Shown: positions 54,546-64,000 of the stretch, piece after piece
How the letters are laid out: the number at the start of each line of letters is the position of its first letter
How positions within the stretch are numbered: the first letter of the stretch is position 1
From: Cetorhinus maximus
Lineage: Eukaryota
Length of the DNA stretch: 64,000 bases
Reading direction: 5' to 3'
Assembly (NCBI RefSeq): GCF_964194155.1
Contig: NC_135896.1
Span: forward strand, 28,768,001 to 28,832,000
The notes under the pieces: generated by a model
Told to the model about the DNA's origin: nothing
What the model saw: only the letters and a program-made list of their open reading frames with translations
Database searches by the model: none
Program-made: the position numbers and the translations under genes

Positions 54546-54939
54546 GTACAATTGTATGCTACAGCCCACCAGGTCAGCACAAGGTAGGGGTCAGTTCCCT
54601 TCACTCCCATGGGAAGTGAAATCTGTGTTGGCAAATGAAAGTTGTTTTGATGGGTAATTTCAATCAATCCCATATAAATGAGTCAGAATTGGTAAATGCA
54701 CCTCGACTCTGTGCATAACAGATGCTCATCTTTGGTTTTTTGTAAATGACCCAAACAACATAAAATAAATGGAAGTTGTAATGTTTCGGGAGCAGTAAAT
54801 CTAAACCTAAAGAGCAAGGCCAAGGTTGATAATTTCTTAATATTTTTGAGATAATGGGAACCTGAGGGCAAATTCAGAGCATGGAACGGGAGACGGAGAA
54901 TGACTCTGAAAGACAGAAGCAGCAGAGGTTTAAAAAGTG

Positions 54940-57775
54940 TGCAGCACAGGAATTTGGCAGTGTTAAAAGGTGTATATGTAAATGAAAGAAGCATAGTAAA
55001 TAAAGCCGATGAGCTGAGGGCAAAGAGACATGGCAGCATCATATCATCGCTATAACGGAAACTTGGCTTAAGGAGCGGCAAAAATGGCTGCTGAACATCC
55101 CTGGATATAGAGGTTTTTAGGCCAGATAGGGAGGGGGATAAAAAGCGTGAGGGTGTAGCATTATTGGTTAAAGGATCAATTACAGCCATGAGGAGGTATG
55201 ATATACTAAATGAGGCCATATGCGTGAGCTCAGAAATTTTTTTAAAAAGGCATCCACACTGCTAGGAGTGTACTATAGACCCCCAAATAGTGGAAGGGAG
55301 TTAGGAGAGCAGATATGTAGGCAAATTCCTGAGTGCAAAAGCAATAGGGCAATAGTCATTGGAGACTTCAACTATCTTAAAATCAATTGGGATACTAACA
55401 GTGTGAAGAACACAGAGAGCACAAAATCCTTGAACTGCATTCAAGCGAACTTTTTTAGCCAGCAAGTAACAAGCTCAATGAGATGGTGCAATTCTAGATT
55501 TAGTCTTAGGAAATGAAGCTGGGCAAGTGGATGGAGGAGCAATGGGGGACCATTTTGGAGATGATGACCAAATTTAGCATCATTATGGAAAAGGGCAAAG
55601 ATAGAATAGGAGTAAAAGTTCTAAATTGGGGGAAGACAAATTTTACAAAGCTGAGTGGTGAGCTGGCGAGAGTGGACTGGATACAGCTATTAGAAGGAAA
55701 AACTGTCAAATCAGTGTGAGGCATTCAAAGGTGAGATTCTACGGGAGCAGTATAGACATTCCCCACAAAGAAAAAGGGTGGTACTGCCAAATATAGAGCC
55801 CCTGGTTATCCAGAAGCATACAGGCCTAGATAAAGCAGAAAAAGAAAGCTTATGACAGTCGCAAAAGACTTAATACTGTAGAAAACCTAGAGCAGTATAG
55901 AAAGTACAAGGGTGAAGTAAAAATGGAAATTAGGAGAGCAAAGAGAGGATATAAAAAAAATATTGGCAGGTAAAATCAAAGAAAATCCTAAGATGTTTCA
56001 CCAGTACCATTAAGAGCAAGAGAATAACTAAGGAAAAGGTAGGCCCTATCAGAGATATACAGCATCAATCCACAAGTTACCATGAAGATGTGGGCAGGGT
56101 TCTCAATGAGTACTTTGTCTCTGCCTTCACTAAGGAGTGGGATGATGCAGACATTCAATTAAAGAGGAAGAGTGTGAAATATTAGATACAATAAGCATAG
56201 TGAGAGGGGAAGTACTGGAGGGACTAGCATTCTTGTAGGTGGATAAATAACCAGGGCCAGATGGATTATATCCTAGGCTGTTGAAGGAAGCCAGGGAGGA
56301 AATAATAGATGCTCTGAGGATCATTTTCCAATCCTTTCTAGATACAGTTGCAGTCCCAGAGGATTGGAGGTCTGCGAAAGTTGTATCATTATTTAAAAAG
56401 GGTGCGAGGGATAGGCCAGAAAATTATAGGCCAGTCAATCTGACTTCGGTGGGCAAATTATTGGAATCAATTCTGAGACACAGGATAAACTGCCACTGGG
56501 AAAGGCACAGATTTATCAGGGATAGTCAGCATGGTTTTGTTAGGGGAAGATTGTGTCTTACTAACTTAATAGAATTTTTTGAGGAAGTAACAAGGAGGAT
56601 TGATGAGGGTAGTGTAATAGATGTTGTCTACATGATTTCAGTAAGGCATTTGACAAGGTCCCACATGACAGACTGGTCAGGAAAGTGAGATCTCGTGGGA
56701 TACAGGGGAAGGTGGCAGGTTGGATCCAAAATTGACTCAGTGACAGGAAACTGGGTAATGGTCGATGGATGTTTTTGAGAATGGAAAACGGTTTTCAGTG
56801 GTGTTCCACAGGACTCAGTGTTGGGGCCCTTGCTGTTTGTTGTATACATTAATGATTTAGACTTAAATGTGAGAGGTATGATTGGGAAATTTGCAGATGA
56901 CACAAAAATTGGCTGTTAGTTGACAATGAAGAGGATAGCTGTTGACTCCAGAATGATATTAATGGTTTGATTGAGTGGTCAGAGAAGTGGCAAATGGAAT
57001 TCAATCTGGAAAAGTGTGAGGTAATGCATTTGGGGAGGGCAAACAAAGCAAGGGAATATTCAATAAACAGGAAGTTATTGAGGGGTTGAGGAAGTGAGAG
57101 ACCTTGGAGTGCATTTCCACAGGTCCTTGAAGGTGGCAGGACAGGTGGATAAGGTGGTCAAGAAAACATATGGAATGCTTTCCTTTATTGGGCAAGGTAT
57201 TGAATACAAAAGCAGGAATGTAATGATGGAACTGTGTAAGCTACAGCTGGAATTTTGTGTACAGTTTTGGTCACCACATTACAGGAAGGACATAACTGCT
57301 CTGAAGATTTACAGGAATGTTGCCAGGCTTGAAAATTGTAGCTATGGGAAGAGATTGGATAGGCTAGGGTTGTTTTCCTTAGAACAAAGGAGTGTAAGGG
57401 GTGACCAAATTGATGTGTACAAAATTATGAGGGGCCTAGAAAGGGTTGACAGGAAAGACTTGTTTTCCCTAGCTGAGGGGTCAATTTCCAGGGGGCATAG
57501 ATTTAAGGTGATTGGTAGAAAGATTAGAGGGGACATGAGAAACCTTTTCACCCTGAGGGTGGTGGGCAGCTGGAATGCACTGCCTAAGTTGGTTGAAATG
57601 CTCAACTCATAACCTGGATCTGCATCTGAAGTGCTGTAACCTGCAAGGCTACAGAACAGGTGCTGGAAAGTGGGATTAAAATGAGTGGCTAAATAATTTT
57701 TTTCTCTTTTTGGCTGGTACAGGCATAATGGGCTGAATGGCCTCTTTCTGCACTGTAACTTTTCTATGGTTCTAA
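54940..57775 (+). mobile_element. CR1-type LINE, near-complete decayed ORF2 (APE endonuclease + RT) and 3' end
   Basis: 'GVYYRPPN..IVIGDFN', 'NYRPVNLTS', 'SQHGF', 'tttgcagatgacacaaaa'; tail ttctatggttcta. Confidence 0.9.
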
Positions 57776-57779
57776 TAGA

Positions 57780-60420
57780 ACATTGTAAAATGAATGCGTT
57801 GGAGGAGGATGTTTACCAACATGTAAGGAGAAGAAAAATGGAACACCTTAAAATAATAAATCTAATTAGGCTGTAAAAATAAATACCAAAGATCAGCAAA
57901 TTGAGACTAAATCAGTGTGATCCTAAGTGGATCAACAAACCATTAAAATGAAATGCAGAAAAAAAAATGACTTCTAACAAATCCTGCAAGGAGATGTTTA
58001 AGCAGAAGGGCAAAGAGAGACCTAGAAAAAGCATAGCTGCAGAGGAAAAACAGAAGAGTTTTAAAAAAAATTACTTCAGTACAATAGCAAGGAGACTGCC
58101 AAAGAGGAAAGAATATTAAAAGTACATATAGCCTTGAACTTGAAGGTGAGCACTGGATAGTAACTATCCTGAATGATTGATTACTTCCTTTGTTCATATC
58201 TTCCCTTGTGAATACTCAATGTGCCCATCTAAAATGGTAGTACCAAGACAACACTCAGGATTGATTTAAATGAATTGGAGGCCCTGAGCAAACTGAAAGG
58301 ACTTTAAAATAAATAAATCCATAGGGATAGATCGCATTTGTCCAAGAGTGTTGAGAGAGATCAGAACGGAAACTTTCAAGACTCTGACCGTCATAATAGA
58401 TGATCAGTAGACACTGGGGAAGTCCCAATAGATTGAAAACAGGCTGTTGTGGTGCCTCTATTCAAAAAAGGTAGCATGGCAGGCACTGGAAAAAATAGAC
58501 CAATTAGTCTTCAATTCCATGTAAAATAATGGAATTAGTTATTAGAAAAAGTTTAATTCCATATAACAACCACCTAGTAAACAATCAAAATGGTTAGGCA
58601 GGGAAGCCCTGCCTGATGACTTAATTTATTTGAGGGTTGGCAGAGCAGTAGATGGTGAACTTCACAATGCCATTACAAAGGCTTCCAAGAGGTATGTGAA
58701 GAATGTTCCACATAAAAGGCTACTAAATAATTCAAAGCTGTGATGATTGGGTATATAGATAATACATTGGCTGAAAGGTTGAAAACAACTGGTTAGTGGG
58801 GCTAATGGAGTTCTCCAAAATCAGAAATTCAAACTAAATCAATGTCTTGGATTGGGAAACTCAATGCTCATTGGTTAAAACTGCAAATGGTACTAAACTT
58901 GGAGAGGCAGTGGAATGGAAGGAAGTAGAAATGTCAAACAGTCGGAGGGGACCAAACAATGGCCAGTGAAATTTAATGCAAGCTACTGAAAAGTATTGCA
59001 CATGGAAAGAAAAATGACTCGCCTATTCCATGAATAATATTGAAATAAGAAAAAGATGAAGTTGAGCGAGACTGAGGAGTCTTAGCTATCGCACCATTCA
59101 CATGTGTGAGCAATGCAGAGCAGTGATTAACAAAGCCAATAAATATTGAATTCTGAAGACAAATCAGTAGATTACAAGTCAGAGGAAGTGATCAAATTGT
59201 CCTGTGCTCTGGTTAGACTACAGATTGAGCACTGTATTCTGTTCTGGTTGCCAAGAAACTAAGGAGTAATTTGAGAAGAGTCATATTCCTAGAGTTAGGA
59301 ATCTGAGGAAAGACTGGAAACAAGGCATCAGAGATTTGATTATACAGAGGTATATAAGATAGTTGTCACTATTGCTGTCAGTCCCTTGAAACGAGGATGA
59401 CTTTATCCAGGCTTCATGATTTGTGTATCCTCCGGTGACTCAGCAGGCCAAACCTGGTGACTCAGCAGGCCAAGCCTGGAGCAACATGTCTTTGTGCAAA
59501 GAGGGCCAGAGTTGCCCTGAGGGGGGTTGGGTGGGGGGAATAGGGGGGCATTTTCAAGCCAGTGTTCTCTCTCTCCTGCTTTTGTCGCTTTTCCGCACAG
59601 AATGTGTTGTGGCTTATTGAATGAGGTGCCACCACATGGTGCAGTTAACAGCAAGTTCCTCTCACGCACCAATGTCAATTTACTCCTTTTTCAGTGAGGT
59701 CTTCAGACTGTCCTTAGAACCTTTTCTCTGTCCTCCTTGAGATCGGGTCCCATCCTTAAGTTGTGAAAAGACGATCTGCTTTGGAAGCCGATGATTTGCC
59801 ATGCAGTGCAGTGATCAGACCAAGGGAGTGATGGTTGCAATGCCAGATGAATTGGCTTCAGTAACGATGCTGGAGTTTATTTGCCTGTCTTCCCACTTGA
59901 CTTTGAGTTTTGTGCAGAGACACTATTGGTGGAAATTCTCCAGCACCCAGAGATGTCTTTGTTAGGTGGCCAAAGTCTCACTGGTGACCCTCCAGCATAT
60001 CCGCAACTTACAATATGCTGACAACTGCACAGTTGTGGCCCGCATGGCAAACAACATTCAGACCACCTTCAACTTCTTCAACTCGGCACACAAAACTGTT
60101 GGTCTCTCACTGAACATAAGTAAGACCAAAATCTTCCTTCAGATCTACCTCAAAGAAGCACCTACATCTCCAACTATTGTTATTGATGGGGAGACTTTAG
60201 AAGTCGTTGAACACTCCCCATATCTCAGCAGCTACCTTTCTGAAAAGGTCACCATCGAAGAGGAGATCCAGCACAAAATCAGCTGTGCCAGCACAGCCTT
60301 CTAAAAATTGCACAACCAAGTCTTAGGCAACAAAGATCTCCATGAGAGGACAAAAGTTTTAGTCTGTATAAGATAGTAAATCATATGGAAAAGGTTAATC
60401 TGGAATACCACTTAGCTGAT
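57780..60420 (+). mobile_element. Very old CR1 LINE, host of the RTE insertion
   Basis: Degenerate RT motifs (cctctattcaaaaaagg, tagaccaattagtct, gagcactgtattctgttctgg); continues after 60377. Confidence 0.6.
59364..60366 (-). mobile_element. RTE-clade LINE with inverted 5' segment (+ 59966-60366; - 59364-59965)
   Basis: TSD TATAAGATAGT (59353-59363, 60367-60377). + segment 'LQYADNC..IQHKISCASTAF..TKVLV'; - segment 'HLWVLENFHQ..'. Confidence 0.85.
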
Positions 60421-60847
60421 TTTTCTTTCTACCATGCTTATCCATACATAAAAATGGAAGGGAGGAGGTGGCTTTAGGAAATGGTAAGCAGGAAAATAAA
60501 AGGCAGAAAGGGAAATAGCCTGTGGAGCAGAATGGCGTCAGTAGTGTCAGAAGCGGGGGGAAGGGACTGGAAGCAGGAAGAGCTGATGGAGAGGAGATCC
60601 ACAGAAAAAATGGCACGAAGATTGGGAGCAGTATGTAGAGCAAAACTGTTGAGAAGAGGGGCCAAAACAGAATGACTGGCTGTTAATGTGTTGGATGCAT
60701 GGGAAAACAGGTAAAAGATGGAGGGGGAGAAATTCTTTTGCACGACATAACAATGAAGAAAGAAGGTAGTGTCCTTGGTGCCAATTGCCCTAATGCCAGC
60801 CTGCTAGAAGCAGTGCTAAATGAACAAACTTCTCCCCTGGAGTTAAT

Positions 60848-61420
60848 AGAAGCAAAATACTGCAGATGCTGGAGATCTGAAATAAAAAGGTGCTGTGAAA
60901 ACTCAACGGGTTGCGCAGCATCTGTGGTGAGAGAAACAGAGTTAACATTTCAAATCCAATATGGCTCCTCTTTGGAACTGAAGAGAGGTAGAAATGTAAT
61001 TGGTTTTATGCTGTTGAAAAAGGGGGGAGGGTCAGGTGGAGCAAAAAGGGATGGTCAATGTTAGGTTAGAGGACGGGGAGGTTAAATTACAAAAATGTCA
61101 TGGAGCCAAAGGCAAAGGGAGTGGGAATGGTAGTAGTAAAGGAACAAAGAATTGGCCGAGAGAAGGTGTTAATAGCAAAATAAAGGTCAGTGCTGTCTGA
61201 AATCAAAACATGAGAACAATATACAGACTGGAACTAGGGGAGAAAATACAAAATGGAGGACAGAGTTCATGGTCTGAAGTTGTTGAACTCAATGTTGAGT
61301 TCAGAAGGCTGCAAAGTGCCTAATTGGAAGATGAGATGCTGTTCCTCCAGCTTGCATTGGGCTCTCCCCTCCTGTTGTCCAGTTAGGCTGGAGGGATTTG
61401 CAAATAGCTGACATTCAGTT
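60848..61420 (-). mobile_element. PLE family 2 3' part: GIY-YIG C-terminus and pLTR with decayed hammerhead (60940-60979)
   Basis: 'AQCKLEEQHLIFQLGTLQPSELNIEFNNFR*'. Downstream: AGTT-CCAAAGA-G-GAGCC ATATT GGATTT-GAAA-TG-TT-AACT, then the same tail as 28520-28599. Confidence 0.8.
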
Positions 61421-62149
61421 GTGGGAGGTGGTGGTGGAGGGGGAGGGGGCATGGATTTGAAATGGTGAGTGGTTAAAAGAAGAGATGATGTTCTTGAACT
61501 TGAGGGCCTCAGTAAGGAGGAAGGCAAAGTTATTCAGGAAGGAGGAATATAAAAGTTGGAAATTGAAAATTGAGTGAAGCTGCAAGCAAGCAATGGTCAG
61601 TGGTGATATGCTGCACAAATACAACATTTCATTACATCAATATTTTTCTTCTGATTTAAGCTTTGGGGCATTTTCTTAATGGTAAAAACAAAATATGAAT
61701 ACAAGACACTGTTGCCAGCAAATTAGGGTTTGGGTCTGGGTGAAGGACAAAATCCAGGAAAAGTAAGAGTGCATTGGGAAGCTGGTTCCAACCTGTTGAC
61801 TTCCATATTTCACTCCAGCATGTTAGGCTGCGACTGCGTAACACCCGCTGGAGAGGAGGGATATCAACCTCAGTATGTTAATCGCTCAATTACAGCAATG
61901 GCAACATGGATTTGTGGTTTAACCTTAGCTCCACAGGTTTCTCTGGCCTCCAGGGATTCGCCAGTGAAAGTAAAGTGAGAAGAGAGTAGCAATTGAGGGG
62001 CTGCACCATGGCAGGGAAATACACCAATAAATACTGCATTCTTACTTGCTTGTAGAAAAGGCTTCCTCACATTTTTACTGAGGTTACTTTACACACTTTG
62101 GAAATGTTATCAGTGTGTCATCTACACTTTGGAGCTCTGATCTGCACCT

Positions 62150-63320
62150 TGCAGCTCTGAACTATCGTTTCAGCGTGGGTGTAACTCATCCTGAACGATT
62201 TTGGACCTAGAGGACCACATCAACAGGAACAGCAGGATCTGAACCAGCAAAACTCTGCTGCTCGTAGACCTACAGTTCCATAAGAGAGAGGGGATGAGCA
62301 AAGAGGTACACCTTGCAGAAGGCCATACCGGTACACAGTGTTCAGGCAGAGGATAAGCTTTCTTGACGTGTTGGAACACCAGTGTCTGAGGAGGCTCTGG
62401 GTGTCGCACCAGTCAGTGACAGACATTTGCAGCCTCCTGGAACAAAGGCCGCTGCCAACTGGACCTAGGGACCACCTTTACCAGTGGCGGTCAAAGTCAC
62501 CAACCCCTCTACTACTTTGGCTCTGGATTGCTCCAGGGCTCATCCAAAGACCTCTGCAGGATATAGCAATTTGTAACACTCAAATGCATAAATGATTACA
62601 TCTTTGCCAGGGCCAGTTGTTGTGGCAACTTTACCTGTAATGACGCCAGTCAGAGCGGGTGCCGAAATTTGAGGCACAAGTTGGCTTGCTACAGGTGCAG
62701 GGCATCATCAGCTGCACACGTTGCAATAAGTAGCACCCATAGATCATCCAGGAGTGTTTGTCAACTCCATTCACTTCTATTCCAGCAACGTGTAGCCAGT
62801 GTGCAACCACAAAGATCTTCAAGTATGTGTGTGCAGGATTCTTGGACAGCTGTCTTGATGCTTTCTTCCTGTAGCAATCCACCCTCCCAAACATCCTCCC
62901 ACCTGGAAGCAGAGATACTGCCTGGTTTCTCAGAGTCAAGGGATACCCACTTAAAACATATATATGGAAGTCAACAGTTTGGAGCCAGCTGATGACACCT
63001 GGAGCGATATAGTGAAAGCCATATAACCACCAGATGTCCAATGGAACAAGCCATCAGCGTGCTGAAGATGTACTTAAGGTGCTTGGACAGATCTGGAGGC
63101 ACCCTTCAGTAGGCACCAGTCTCCAGAATGATCATGGTGAGCTGCACACTGCACAGCATTGCACAACAGCAAGGTTTGCATCAGCAGGAGGAACAGGCAC
63201 AGAATGCAGAACGTCCTCGGCTGATTTGAGCAGCGAACTAAGAGCAAGGGGAGGAGGCAGAAGGTGATGTGGGCAATACACCGCCAGAGGTGCACATTTC
63301 TGTTTGAGATGCTGTCACCA
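62150..63320 (+). pseudogene. Second, more decayed Harbinger transposase
   Basis: 'RRPYRYTVFRQRISFLDVLEHQCLRRL' and 'LKMYLRCLDRSGGTLQ*..MVSCTLHSIA'. Confidence 0.75.
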
Positions 63321-63789
63321 TTGAGATTAACTTAGGTCCATCTTGCACATTTATCCATTTTGACTTTCTTATTTCTAATAACTCTAAACCCCATTAGTTA
63401 ACCCGAACCTAAATGTTAGTAACAGACTAACATTTATTCTTAAGCAGCTATATCCTGGCCTTCTCTGTCCAGGGGAAGTATTCCCAGTACCTAGAGGTTC
63501 TCTTTTTTAATTATGGTTTCCCATCTCTACCGTAATCTTAGTGACTACTCTGTAGGCTCGCCATGACTTTACTGTTCTTTCTATAACTCGACAACCAAAA
63601 TTGCACATATTACTCTTAACTGTGGCCAAACCAAGGTTCTTGTTTCAGATTTCCAGCATGCCCAGTATTTTATTTTAGGTTAGTACAAATCTATTACTAC
63701 TACTTACTCTTAATAATGCAGAACCCCATTAATAAAATCTAAAACGCTGTTAGCATTTTAATGGCTTAAGCATTGTGCACTAATTCCAG

Positions 63790-64000
63790 GGGAGAATTTT
63801 CTCCCCGTCATGGGGTTTGGATGGGAGTGAGCATGGGCTGGCACGTAGCCGATTGCTGCCTGCGGTCGGTTATGCACCGCTATTTGACGTGGGTGGGCCT
63901 CAGGGAGATTAGTTTGATTTTGGAAAATTTTAATAATAAAAAAATTTTAAGACATGTCCCCTCATGTGACAGTGTCACATGAGCTGGGACATGTCAATGA
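63790..64000. mobile_element. Harbinger MITE, runs off the window end
   Basis: GGGAGAATTTT TIR-like start. acatgtcccctcatgtgacagtgtcacatgagctgggacatgt is the inverted counterpart of 39286-39328. Confidence 0.7.

Overview
Eukaryotic vertebrate genomic DNA, most likely shark/elasmobranch (inferred from the repeat content: HER1/CR1-type LINEs, Deu-domain SINEs, Penelope-like elements). Two genes sit head-to-head. TTC8/BBS8 coding exon 1 is on the - strand (3255-3368), with an RFX X-box just upstream. EML5 coding exons 1-6 are on the + strand (5097-51556); the rest of both genes lies outside the window. Introns are packed with nested, mostly decayed transposons: CR1 and L2-group LINEs, RTE LINEs, tRNA-SINEs, a ~5.3 kb two-gene PIF/Harbinger element with MITEs, and two Penelope-like (PLE) families. 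Main non-obvious signals: (1) minimal type-I hammerhead ribozyme motifs in both PLE families, including two independent 102-132 bp TSD-flanked insertions that begin almost exactly at the ribozyme; (2) a candidate 21-nt in-frame TTC8 microexon; (3) tail-out inverted PLE hairpins; (4) an RTE with a twin-priming-type inversion. Repeat boundaries without a TSD are approximate (read by eye).
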